Virus record (IMG/VR): IMGVR_UViG_3300008255_003926
Coordinates: 1-27,649 of that record
Origin: a virus
Taxonomy: Duplodnaviria; Caudoviricetes
Direction: 5' to 3' (one strand)
DNA length: 27,649 bases
The notes under the pieces were generated by a model. That model had not been told where the DNA came from and ran no database searches. It saw only the letters and a program-made list of their open reading frames with translations. A program made the position numbers and the translations under genes. Shown here piece after piece: positions 15,793-25,377 of the stretch; positions within the stretch are counted from its first letter, which is position 1, and every line of letters starts with the position of its first letter.

Positions 15793-17121
15793 ATGGCACT
15801 TGATCCGACACTTTATTTGACAGGCCGAAGAACGAATGTCCATTGGGTCTTGGAGTCCAGAAATGTCAATGCTCCTCCCCAGGAATTCTGGGTTGATTCG
15901 GCAGAGATCCCGACATCGTTCAGATTTACTAATTCGTGGGCAGATCATAATTTTCTCGCGGATCAGAACTTGGTCTTGATTGGACAGGGCATCATAGTCG
16001 GACTGAAAGATAACCCCTACAACGTGGCTCCGGTACAGGATACCACTGAAGGGATTGAGCCCTATCCGGTTACAGTTACTTCCGGTGGAATTCCCAGTAT
16101 GGGAAAATACTGGCCGGGGTTTATGGAGAAGCGATATCAGAATGTTATCATTGCCGATAGCGCTCACTCCGGTTCAGGTCTTTATACTGCCGATGTTTGG
16201 CCAATTGGCGTACTTGTGACGCATGCATTCATGAATGTACCGCAACGTTTCTCCGGAAACGAGGTTGCCGTCTGGTGCGATAATGCCACGATTCAACTCC
16301 CCTATGTCGGAAGATCGTTTGCCGCGGATATGCAACTCGGTTGCGTCACGGATGCGAATCCTTCCGGTAGCGTTTTAGCGCTACAGCCCGGGGACTATCT
16401 TTATCTTGGCGGATCGTCCGATGGCAACGACGCCATTAATATTGCAGGTAAATTCCGAAAAGCGGCCGCCGCTGATGCTGATCCTCGTTGGATTTGCGGT
16501 CAGGTCTGGACGCTTATTAGGAACATGACCTACAAGGGCTGGCTTGATAAGGTGGCTCTTACATTCGGAGATGTCGAGCACGCACTTACCTATTTTATGG
16601 ATCCCACGACCCTTGATTATGGGCCTTGGGCTCCCGGCTGTGAGGCCAACCCTTACAAGTGGCCGGGTGGCGCGATACCGACAGGCGGAGTGGGTCGAGG
16701 TATTTATGGAATGACCGACGGCAATTATTATGGTGTTACTCGGTATGCCGAGCATACCGTAACTGAAGCTGAGGCTAGCACTGCCGATGTGGTCGTTCCG
16801 ATTACTCGTTACTTCGACGGTGGAGAGTATAAAGGATACATCGATACCGATACCGCTACGATGGTGGTTGTTAACCTGACCAATGCTAGTCGTGTTTGTA
16901 CTGCCACGTCCGCTACAGCGGCCGGCGTTGTCACTCTTGATGTTACCGCCGCAAATGCGGCTGACGTGTTAAGCCTTACCGTTGTCGCATACGGTCAGAT
17001 GCCGGGCGTTCCCGTTAACTCCACTCCTACCAATGGCGACGGTTCGCTGGTTCAGGTCGGCGGCAATGGCGCGTATTACGGTTCGGCTCTTGGAATTGCC
17101 GATATCGTTCTTAAGTTTTAA
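15793..17121 (+). CDS. Capsid-associated structural protein (decoration/cement-like), 442 aa
   Basis: Strong RBS GAGGTG, position between scaffold and major capsid genes, and Gly/Pro/Thr-rich beta-type composition. Role inferred from gene order. Confidence 0.6.
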   Translation: MALDPTLYLTGRRTNVHWVLESRNVNAPPQEFWVDSAEIPTSFRFTNSWADHNFLADQNLVLIGQGIIVGLKDNPYNVAPVQDTTEGIEPYPVTVTSGGIPSMGKYWPGFMEKRYQNVIIADSAHSGSGLYTADVWPIGVLVTHAFMNVPQRFSGNEVAVWCDNATIQLPYVGRSFAADMQLGCVTDANPSGSVLALQPGDYLYLGGSSDGNDAINIAGKFRKAAAADADPRWICGQVWTLIRNMTYKGWLDKVALTFGDVEHALTYFMDPTTLDYGPWAPGCEANPYKWPGGAIPTGGVGRGIYGMTDGNYYGVTRYAEHTVTEAEASTADVVVPITRYFDGGEYKGYIDTDTATMVVVNLTNASRVCTATSATAAGVVTLDVTAANAADVLSLTVVAYGQMPGVPVNSTPTNGDGSLVQVGGNGAYYGSALGIADIVLKF

Positions 17122-17138
17122 TCGGGAGGTACATTATC

Positions 17139-18431
17139 ATGGTAAAGACTATTACAGATATGGATCTTAGAGAGAAATACCTCCTAGAGCTTGATGGGAT
17201 TTTGTCGGTTTTGACTTCCGAAGCCGTTAAGGAGAAAATCGGTAACCATGAGAAACGTTTTATCGAGGCTGCCGAGGACTTCATGGTCGATAATAGGTCA
17301 ACTGCCGATGCCGTGAAATTTTCTGCGGTTGAGCTCGCGCTCAAAGCGCTTTGCGAAAACGAGAAAGTTTCTGAAGTTGTTCCATTCAATGAGCTTAAAA
17401 CCGATTTTCTTAGGTCGGCTCCCGAAGCAAAAGAAATGGTTTTCTCTCAGAATTACTCGACCCTACTTCCTACAGTGGTTGCTGGTGGATTCGTTCCCAC
17501 AGTCGAGTGGGAATATATCGGCTCCAGGATATTGGGCAGGCGTCGAGTTCAAACTACCAGTACTTCAGTTGAGATGTACGTAACTACTCCTCTGAAGGCT
17601 GGTTGGGTTGGCGAAGCTAAGACCGTACCGGAAGCTGCAGTTGACATTCAGGCTTTACGTAAGCTTCAGGTTAATATTCGCGAATTCGGTGTAGGTCTTG
17701 CATTCTCTCGCCAAGCTCTTCGCGATGCTATGTGGCCCGTGCTTGAAACGAATATCTCTGCTGCGAACGGGGCGATGAATAGATTCCGAGAGGAGTTTAT
17801 TTGGACAACCTTCAAGCAGTATGCACATACGATATTCGACCCGGATGATGGCCGAACGGCTTTCGCGACTTCAGGCGTGGATGGAACTTATACGGCCAAT
17901 AACACCCTGTCAATCTACGACTACCTCGATTTGGTGGCTAGTCTACAGTTACAGGGGTTCAAAGCAACCGATATTTTCTTCCATCCGTTACATTACCTTG
18001 TTTTTGCCAAAACCGCGATTCGCGGCGGGATGTTTTTGCCTGAGGCAAACAAGGCCGCTATCGCCGGTTCGCTCAATGTTGGGAAGTCTCCCGACTTTGA
18101 TAGTGCTGCGATTAATTCTATGATTTCGGCTCAGCTTGGTGGACTTATTCCGAACATCTGGACGACTCCATTCATTCCGTTCGATGTCAACCAGATGAAA
18201 GCCGATGTCTACGTCATCGACAGGAGTAACGTCGGTACTGTGCTCGAGAGAGAGGGTTTACGAAGAATCGAGTGGCAGGACCTTGGCGTAGAGATACGGC
18301 ATATTAATTTCCGAGATGAAATGGGCGTTGCGATTTTCCATGATGGGAAAGCTATCGCCAAAGCCGCGAATCTTGCTGTTGATGTTGGATACAGCATGGA
18401 CACAAGCTTTGTGTATAATCTTGGTAATTGA
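17139..18431 (+). CDS. Major capsid protein, HK97-like fold (430 aa)
   Basis: RBS GGGAGGT. LLPTVV, KAGWVGEAKTVPE, IREFGVGLAFSRQALRDAMW, DIFFHPLHY and FRDEMGVAIF match the HK97 E-loop/P-domain pattern. Followed by a hairpin. Confidence 0.9.
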   Translation: MVKTITDMDLREKYLLELDGILSVLTSEAVKEKIGNHEKRFIEAAEDFMVDNRSTADAVKFSAVELALKALCENEKVSEVVPFNELKTDFLRSAPEAKEMVFSQNYSTLLPTVVAGGFVPTVEWEYIGSRILGRRRVQTTSTSVEMYVTTPLKAGWVGEAKTVPEAAVDIQALRKLQVNIREFGVGLAFSRQALRDAMWPVLETNISAANGAMNRFREEFIWTTFKQYAHTIFDPDDGRTAFATSGVDGTYTANNTLSIYDYLDLVASLQLQGFKATDIFFHPLHYLVFAKTAIRGGMFLPEANKAAIAGSLNVGKSPDFDSAAINSMISAQLGGLIPNIWTTPFIPFDVNQMKADVYVIDRSNVGTVLEREGLRRIEWQDLGVEIRHINFRDEMGVAIFHDGKAIAKAANLAVDVGYSMDTSFVYNLGN

Positions 18432-18465
18432 TGACTATTCCTAGACAAAGTTGAGTTAACCTATA

Positions 18466-18499
18466 AGGGGTCGGCCTTCCCGGCCGACCCCTATTCTAT
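18466..18499 (+). terminator. Probable terminator or stabilising hairpin after the capsid gene
   Basis: AGGGGTCGGCC-TTCCC-GGCCGACCCCT, a perfect 11-bp stem with only a weak U-tract (TATTCTAT). Confidence 0.7.
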
Positions 18500-18550
18500 C
18501 GGCTATTACTATAATAGATGTATGCATTGAGGTAATCGGATGGGAAATGT

Positions 18551-20890
18551 TTGGCAAAATTCACATACTGGAAACTCGATCCAAGACGAGTGAGGAGAAA
18601 AAAGGTGCCACTCCCTACGAATCGATTAAGAGTTGACGCGATTTATCCGGTTCCTGCCGCGACCGGTATCACCGTAACTTCGAAAATAATCGTCAGATTC
18701 AATATAGATGTCGATCCGGAGACATTAACTTCCTCGAACGTAATGTTGAAAAAAGGTGGCGTTACGTTAGTCGATGCGGGACTTGGATACGATGACTTTC
18801 GTAGAACCCTGACCATTACGCCGGATGAAAATCTGGATCCGGGAGCAAAATATTATATTTATTTGCGTGGTACGGAATCCGATGACCTGACAGCTCAACC
18901 TTTAGCGGGAATACTCGGTGTAGATAACGAGGTTCTAGTCGGATTTTATGAATCGTTTTTTACCACAGAGTTATCGGCAATAGAGGCTCCCGAGCTTTTA
19001 CGGCCGGCGCAAGGCGCGGCAGTATCTCATGCGGATGTGGTATATCCCGATCAGATTTTTTACTGGAATGCCGTTGATATTTATGCTGCGGGAACTACGG
19101 AAACGATGGTAGCGGCTGGGGCTGTTCTTGCGGATGAATATCTGATTAACGGATATATGGTAACGGTTTCGGCTAGAGCGGGAAATTATTCTCGAGCCGA
19201 CAACGCAATTAAGCTAGCAGAAGACATAAATTCTTCGGGGGCGCCGGTAATTGCTACGGCGAATTCCAATGGAACTATCACCCTATCTTCTAACGTGCCC
19301 GGAGAAGATAATCCCGTAGTTATTCAGTCGGTAGGCACTCATAATGTGGCCCATTTAGATGAGCTGGGAATCTATCAGGAGGATCCGCTAAATCCGGGTT
19401 CTAGCGCATATGTCATAGAGGCGGATGCGGTAACCTATGAAATCGAAGTCGATATAGACTCTATTTTTGACGCTCCTACGTTTTCCTCGGATGGTATAGT
19501 CGATCCATACTTCACGCCGGGAGCCTTGCTCCCGATTCAACAGTTATACTGGAGAGTGCGGGCTCATGCCGGAGATGCCGTTTCCACGTGGTCGGAAACT
19601 CGCTCATTTTACAATGGAGTCCAAGAAGCCGATTCCATTACGGGAGATGATATATATATATCTCCTATTGGGGATGGCTTTAAAGTAATTCGTACATACC
19701 CAGAAGACGACTCCACAAATAACTATACTAATCAAATTTCGATTCAATTTAACGATGAAGTATATGCCGGATCTATTACCGATACCTCGATAGAGGTTAT
19801 AGGCCAATCGATGGTTTCGTGGGAACCGAGTGTGGGGCAAATATTCGGAATATGTGAGTTACAGGAGGACGGCAGAACCATTGTTTTTACTCCAACCATC
19901 AATTTTGGTGCCCATATAACATGGTCAGAGCCTCCGGTCTCGTGGTATGTTGATACCTTGAGAATTTACAGATCCACAAGCCGGTTTGGAAAATATACGC
20001 TTATCGATACGGTATATCCCGGCATGACTTCGCATGAACTCGTCACGTCATATACGGATGAAACAGTCGCCGCGACTGACACGATTTTATATTGGTATCG
20101 CGTTGAATTTCTGGGAACGCCTAATGAGACAGCTACACCGGACGTTGATTTTTGGCCCGAGACAACGCCCGATGATGAGTTGTATAATGTATATCCAATG
20201 ACTGAGCCTATTCCGGGTCGGTCCGGAGGGTTTGTCGGTAACCAAGTCTACAGAGTAACGGTTAACAAGGATTTATATTCGGCTCTTGGAAGCACGACAG
20301 ATACGGTGAATATGGCGTTAGGTCAGGATTACGTGTTTTATTTTACCGGCCCGCTTCACCCTCTTTATGCAACGGTATCGGATCTTGAAACGGTTATAGG
20401 AACACAGTATCTTGCAGGATTATCTACAATAAGTTTAAGCTCTATGCTTTTGGCGAATAGTTATGCGGCGTTTAGAGCGTCTCTTTACGGGCCGTCGTCG
20501 ATAGAATACAGTATAGACCAGTTCTGCAGCATAAGTTCGATATTATGTGTAAAGGCTCCATACTTTGTTTGTTACGTCGTATATAAAACTCTATATGACC
20601 TGTTCACGCAACAGGATATGACATCAAAGTCCCTTGGAACGAATGTAAAAATCGGAGACTTTTCTATCTCCGACTCGTCCGCCGGCTCAAGTCGAATAGA
20701 TCCAAGAATCGAGGATTTTAAAACGAGAGCGGAGGCGTGTCTTGCCGAATTTTCTTTCGCCTTCTACCAAAACGTGGCCACATGGGCCATTAAGGCTTCA
20801 CCGCTTTACGGTTATGGGTATTCCCCGTATGCTCCGTGGGAATATCGGTCTTGGATATCCGATAAGCCCACGAACGAGGAAGGGTATTGA
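18551..20890 (+). CDS. Multidomain neck / head-tail adaptor-like protein with SbsA-type Ig-like and FN3-like domains (779 aa)
   Basis: Big_5-like V..IYP...ATGI.V.SKI.VRFN..VDPETL...LTITP..NL.PG..Y. FN3-like YWRVRA...STWS...F. C-terminal YATV..L...KIGDFSIS resembles head-tail adaptors. First gene after the capsid gene. Confidence 0.7.
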   Translation: MAKFTYWKLDPRRVRRKKVPLPTNRLRVDAIYPVPAATGITVTSKIIVRFNIDVDPETLTSSNVMLKKGGVTLVDAGLGYDDFRRTLTITPDENLDPGAKYYIYLRGTESDDLTAQPLAGILGVDNEVLVGFYESFFTTELSAIEAPELLRPAQGAAVSHADVVYPDQIFYWNAVDIYAAGTTETMVAAGAVLADEYLINGYMVTVSARAGNYSRADNAIKLAEDINSSGAPVIATANSNGTITLSSNVPGEDNPVVIQSVGTHNVAHLDELGIYQEDPLNPGSSAYVIEADAVTYEIEVDIDSIFDAPTFSSDGIVDPYFTPGALLPIQQLYWRVRAHAGDAVSTWSETRSFYNGVQEADSITGDDIYISPIGDGFKVIRTYPEDDSTNNYTNQISIQFNDEVYAGSITDTSIEVIGQSMVSWEPSVGQIFGICELQEDGRTIVFTPTINFGAHITWSEPPVSWYVDTLRIYRSTSRFGKYTLIDTVYPGMTSHELVTSYTDETVAATDTILYWYRVEFLGTPNETATPDVDFWPETTPDDELYNVYPMTEPIPGRSGGFVGNQVYRVTVNKDLYSALGSTTDTVNMALGQDYVFYFTGPLHPLYATVSDLETVIGTQYLAGLSTISLSSMLLANSYAAFRASLYGPSSIEYSIDQFCSISSILCVKAPYFVCYVVYKTLYDLFTQQDMTSKSLGTNVKIGDFSISDSSAGSSRIDPRIEDFKTRAEACLAEFSFAFYQNVATWAIKASPLYGYGYSPYAPWEYRSWISDKPTNEEGY

Positions 20891-20983
20891 TATAGATATG
20901 TATAAGGAAATAGGCATTTATCACAATTTATATTGGACCTGCAACAAATATCAATACAAGTATGAAAGGAGTAAGAAAAATAA

Positions 20984-23446
20984 TTGTCCGACAAGGATAT
21001 TGAAATATCGGTTAGCGAGGTAACCGTAACAAGCTCTAAGGTTACGGTAGGCTTCGATGGGTCGCCCTCGGCCGGAGCCACATACTCCTTATGGTATGAT
21101 GATGTATCCTATGCCGATGAGACAAGAGATAGGTATAAATGGCATGGGGGACATGTTGAGATAGTTACTACTGAAATAGTGGTCTCGGGACTCAAGCCGG
21201 GAACTACATATTATATAAGAGTTTTTGAAGTTAATCCCGGCAATCCGCAGGAACCGAATACGATATACGATTATAGCGAAGAACTATCTTTCACCACGAA
21301 CAAGACCCTGGTCTATCCAAGACTTTCTAATGCATATTGCACTGAAACGCCCGCTTCCGGCCCCGGTCCCGGAGATCAGGTAAATGAGAATTCCACATCC
21401 ATGCGCATAGGGTGTATGCATCAAAGCTATGGGACAGGAACTGTTGCCGACGTGGCATATGAGTTTAGTTGGAGCTTTGGAGGAGGTATCCAAACGTCTA
21501 CGGGTGATTTGCCCTACTATGATACTTCTGATATGCCCGAGTTAACTGCCGGAGATACGATAGAATACGAAATATTCATGACTGTGACTTATGACGATGC
21601 AAGCATTCGTACAGCATCGATTCAGGGCTATACATTTGTGTTCAAGGAGTTGGAGGATACCGGAGATGTGGCATATGTACCGGCGGAGCTTTTCGTTCAG
21701 TCTATTTGGCAATCGATGCGGCCGGAGTATGAAAAGACCTTTCCGGACGGGCCAATCGTATACTTCTCGGGAATCGTTAGAAACAATAATGGATCGGGAA
21801 TAGGAAATGCAATCGTAACTTATACTCAAGATCCTACAGAGGAGTCGGATAAGTGGTTTTATGTCGTAACATCGAATCAGGATGCGGAGCTTGGTACGGG
21901 AACATTCGTTATCGATTCTGATGTCAATGCGCCCTTGATCTATGCTCCCGAATTTTTGCCGAGCAATCCTCCGGGTATGTACGATTCGATGTCGGTACGG
22001 TTCGCCGTACGTTTGGAGGGATGGAAATATAACACACACTATCCCTATGTACATGACAGTATGCCGGGAGCGATCGGTCCACCGATAATAGCCATTATGC
22101 CGTCGCATATATGCACTAAGGAGAGTATCAAGGCATCGTCCGCCTGCTCTAAGCTAAAATTCACGGAATCAAATAATATAGTGCCCGTTTTATCCAACGA
22201 CGCCTATGCTAATATAGAACCGGAATACCTACTTCTGCATTTTGATATATCGGAACTGGAGTTAGGGAGAGGAATCGTACGAGCATTTGTTAGACTATTT
22301 GCCAAAGAATCACGAATAGATAAGACTTTAACTTCAACCGTTTTTGCAATGGCATGCGATGAGGCAGGGGAAATCCTAACCGGCGATGATGGGAATCCTA
22401 TCGCATTTTCTTCCGCCGAAATCGCGCTTATTAACTATGTGTCGCATACTGTACCTGTCGAGCCTATCATAGATTACTTTGTTGGGCAAGGGGAAACGGA
22501 TATTTATATCCGTCTACAGCTAGGTGCGGCGTTTGTTCAAACCGAGCATTCCGGCACGGACGTTATAGGCGATTCCGGATACGTATCATTCTGGTCGGCA
22601 GAATATGGGAAAGAGTGGGCTACCGAAGTACAAAGTGGAGATATCACAATAACGGAAACCTATTTCGACGATTCCTACGCGCCATCGCTGGAGATTTATC
22701 AAACCGGAAAGGAAGTAGAGGAAGACGATGCGTTAAATACCCGAATCTTCGCCTCCTCTCCGGTTCCACTTACTACTGAAGTATATGAGTATCAAAGATG
22801 GAATGGGGTAAGGATGGTCGACGATATACACGATCTTGTTGCCTCCTATTCCAATACGCTTTCCTGGAATGTGGTCAATTTTCTCGCTCCGCCGCAGCCC
22901 GTAGGACTTGATTATTTTAAACCGGTATACTTCGTCTTGAGATGGGGTGGTTTTAGAAATCATGCTCTCCAGCCGGGTTTAGTAATTAATGGAAAGTCCG
23001 AATTAACAGAGAATCTCGGTTTAAACGAGCTTGAGGAGGGATTGATATATACAGGCAATTATCCTCTAACATTCATAACAGTCGGCGCCGTTTTTCAAGA
23101 AGGCTTTGTAAGCAGAGGCAGTACGCGTACACTTACTTTTACGGATCGAAGCACAGGACGGTACGAAGATTTCGACCCGCTTGGTGTAAGAAATACTGAA
23201 AGTATCGAGCAGGGCGGGGTGCCTTCGGGGATTTATCCCGGAGAGGAAATGCATTATTATTATCGTATATTGCAGCATGGAATTTGGGGAATAGAGGCAT
23301 GGCCTGCGGAGGAATGGATAAACTCTTTCAAGAGCAATTATGGTCTTACAATGAAAGAGATTCCGCAAATAACCGAAGGAAGCATCATATTCTCCGGAAG
23401 CCAAATCGACCAAGATAAGATTAGGAGGATAGTAAGTGGGCTTTAG
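20984..23446 (+). CDS. Large virion-associated beta-rich protein with an N-terminal FN3 domain (820 aa)
   Basis: FN3 signature VTSSKVTVGF...Y.LWY...VSGLKPGTTYYIRVF...YSEELSFTT. Carboxypeptidase-regulatory-like FSGIVRNNNGSGIGNAIV. DNRLRE-like LLLHFDISEL....IVRAFVRLF. TTG start after AAGGAG. Confidence 0.72.
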   Translation: MSDKDIEISVSEVTVTSSKVTVGFDGSPSAGATYSLWYDDVSYADETRDRYKWHGGHVEIVTTEIVVSGLKPGTTYYIRVFEVNPGNPQEPNTIYDYSEELSFTTNKTLVYPRLSNAYCTETPASGPGPGDQVNENSTSMRIGCMHQSYGTGTVADVAYEFSWSFGGGIQTSTGDLPYYDTSDMPELTAGDTIEYEIFMTVTYDDASIRTASIQGYTFVFKELEDTGDVAYVPAELFVQSIWQSMRPEYEKTFPDGPIVYFSGIVRNNNGSGIGNAIVTYTQDPTEESDKWFYVVTSNQDAELGTGTFVIDSDVNAPLIYAPEFLPSNPPGMYDSMSVRFAVRLEGWKYNTHYPYVHDSMPGAIGPPIIAIMPSHICTKESIKASSACSKLKFTESNNIVPVLSNDAYANIEPEYLLLHFDISELELGRGIVRAFVRLFAKESRIDKTLTSTVFAMACDEAGEILTGDDGNPIAFSSAEIALINYVSHTVPVEPIIDYFVGQGETDIYIRLQLGAAFVQTEHSGTDVIGDSGYVSFWSAEYGKEWATEVQSGDITITETYFDDSYAPSLEIYQTGKEVEEDDALNTRIFASSPVPLTTEVYEYQRWNGVRMVDDIHDLVASYSNTLSWNVVNFLAPPQPVGLDYFKPVYFVLRWGGFRNHALQPGLVINGKSELTENLGLNELEEGLIYTGNYPLTFITVGAVFQEGFVSRGSTRTLTFTDRSTGRYEDFDPLGVRNTESIEQGGVPSGIYPGEEMHYYYRILQHGIWGIEAWPAEEWINSFKSNYGLTMKEIPQITEGSIIFSGSQIDQDKIRRIVSGL

Positions 23447-23951
23447 ACGAATATGGAATAATAAGTCGACTATCGGTGCGACCAGATTCGATCAGGAGAT
23501 CGAAAGACATGGAAGATATTACATACTGATGCGGGCCAATAAGCGTTTCAGGTGTCCTAACTATAGATATGCGGAAGGATCATGTTCTTTGGCTTGCCCA
23601 ATATGTCTCGGCGAAGGATATGTTTTTCAGTATGAATCTCATAAGATGTATAAATCGCTGAACATGGATGCTCGATATAATGCTCCTGACTTTATCTTCT
23701 ATGAATTTTTTATAAAACAGACGGTTGATGTGAAGAGAGAAGACCATATAATAGAAATCGAATTAGATAACAATCACAATGTGAGTGCAGTTATTAGCGA
23801 ATACGAAGTACGAGACACGATATTAAAATTCTGGGATGAAGACAGAGTATACAGTATGGCATCGACTATACAGGTTAGGTTGACCACAACAGCTAAGAGA
23901 TTGAGGTATCTGCAAAGTATTACGGAGAAAGGGATCATAGGGGGTTTATAA
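23436..23951 (+). CDS. Putative head-closure / neck protein with a Zn-binding loop (171 aa)
   Basis: FDQEIERHG...RCP.......CSLACPICLGEGY followed by VKREDHIIE. Located in the neck region. Confidence 0.62.
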   Translation: MGFRRIWNNKSTIGATRFDQEIERHGRYYILMRANKRFRCPNYRYAEGSCSLACPICLGEGYVFQYESHKMYKSLNMDARYNAPDFIFYEFFIKQTVDVKREDHIIEIELDNNHNVSAVISEYEVRDTILKFWDEDRVYSMASTIQVRLTTTAKRLRYLQSITEKGIIGGL

Positions 23952-23961
23952 AGAGATTAAA

Positions 23962-25377
23962 ATGGTTGATGAGCAAGTTACAAATTATTACGAATTCGCG
24001 ACACCAAGGCCTCCGATAAGACCCGGGAAAAGAGTCCTGTTGGCTTTTTTCGTGGGAGAGGATCAGTTGACCAGTACGACGTTATCGGAAGATATCGCTA
24101 TATCCCAGAGTATGGATCCCCTTTTTGTATATAGTCTAAACTGGGTCACACGGAGAATGAAATCATGGCAAGCGGAGCTTGATAATGAATATTTGTTACA
24201 GGATGGTATCGGCACCCAAGCCGAGAAGCGGACTACTTTTTACATGATGATAACTACCGCTATTCTGTCTTGTCAACTGGCTGGCGGGGAAGATATATGG
24301 ATAAGTATCTGTGGACCGGAGATTCATTACAATAACACAACCGGTAGATCGATAGTCCGCTCATCGATGGATACTTTGTTCGAGCATATTCGAGCAATTG
24401 AGCCCGACGTAGTTGCATTTGTTAATCGGGATTTTAATTACGTCAGGGGCGCTGGAGCGATTTGCCCTACTTTGGAAGGCGGACTTGGTGGGATGGTTTA
24501 TTCGAATACGGTAGGAATTCAAGATATAGGCGGTATGGATACCATAATGGTGAGTTCTACGAATAGAAGCTTGGATTTATATTCGATATGCGACGAGACT
24601 GACTGTAAGGTCATTATGCCTGCATTGTTGCATGAGTCTATCCATTGGAGATCTCAATACAAACCGATAGCAAGAGACGTAAATGGTGACGGAGTTATTG
24701 ATGGCACCGACCTGCAATTGCTGTATGAGACGAATATGGATGCGGTAAAGGCTACTGTAGAGCACTATGAAGACTATTACAATTGCGAAAATCCGCATTT
24801 GTTTTTAACATATGGTGATCTGTATATAGGCGACTTTGTAGAAGCCTTCTCGTATATTCAGGTTGCCCCCGCCGCCTCCGGTCTTTTCACAACCGCCCAA
24901 GACGTGCTTGGATATCGTCCGTTTATAAATAAAGATTTGGGGCATCCGGGAGTATGGTCTCCTTTAGAGGAATACGACATAGAAATTTTGAAATCATACT
25001 GGATCAATCCCGTTCGCGCTACTATAAGGAACGGCATCACTTTAGCCGGGAATCATTCTTTTTACGGAGCTGATACCAAGGAGGATGTGAAGCATCCGGC
25101 CTATCCTTTAACTCGAATGCACAACGTAATACTCGCCCACAATATAGCAAAGGAGCTTTGCTTGGAGATGGATCAATATATCGGAAAGGGACGGCAGGTT
25201 GTTGTGAAGACTATACCTAAGGCCTTGGCTCAGGTCATGACGACGAAACCGGTAGTTAAATACGATTATTCTATAATAGATGTTGCAATAGACCAAATCG
25301 ACGTGATTATTAACTTATGGGTAATGAATGAGGTCTCGTCCATAAAGACGACAGCCTCTATAAGTAATATAAAATGA
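23962..25377 (+). CDS. Tail-sheath-like protein (divergent paralogue) with an EF-hand/dockerin-like loop (471 aa)
   Basis: The C-terminal third follows the sheath C-domain pattern: DIEILKSYWINPVR...GITL...LTRMHNV.LAHNIAKEL...MDQYIGK...IDVIINLWVMNEVSSIKTT. Contains DVNGDGVIDGTDL. Confidence 0.62.
   Translation: MVDEQVTNYYEFATPRPPIRPGKRVLLAFFVGEDQLTSTTLSEDIAISQSMDPLFVYSLNWVTRRMKSWQAELDNEYLLQDGIGTQAEKRTTFYMMITTAILSCQLAGGEDIWISICGPEIHYNNTTGRSIVRSSMDTLFEHIRAIEPDVVAFVNRDFNYVRGAGAICPTLEGGLGGMVYSNTVGIQDIGGMDTIMVSSTNRSLDLYSICDETDCKVIMPALLHESIHWRSQYKPIARDVNGDGVIDGTDLQLLYETNMDAVKATVEHYEDYYNCENPHLFLTYGDLYIGDFVEAFSYIQVAPAASGLFTTAQDVLGYRPFINKDLGHPGVWSPLEEYDIEILKSYWINPVRATIRNGITLAGNHSFYGADTKEDVKHPAYPLTRMHNVILAHNIAKELCLEMDQYIGKGRQVVVKTIPKALAQVMTTKPVVKYDYSIIDVAIDQIDVIINLWVMNEVSSIKTTASISNIK

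Noticed and set aside
8493-18431. Inteins, introns or stop-codon reassignment in terL, portal or capsid genes
   Set aside because: The genes are uninterrupted and of plausible length, with no intein splice motifs noticed. TAA, TGA and TAG all occur as gene-ending stops.
18510-18515. Sigma70 promoter (TATAAT) ahead of the neck genes
   Set aside because: A perfect -10 is present, but there is no credible -35 or extended TG motif, so it cannot be supported alone.
20898-21023. 41-codon ORF (MYKEIGIYHN...) or a programmed frameshift into the 820-aa gene
   Set aside because: Poor RBS spacing, a 40-bp out-of-frame overlap with the FN3 gene, and no canonical slippery heptamer.
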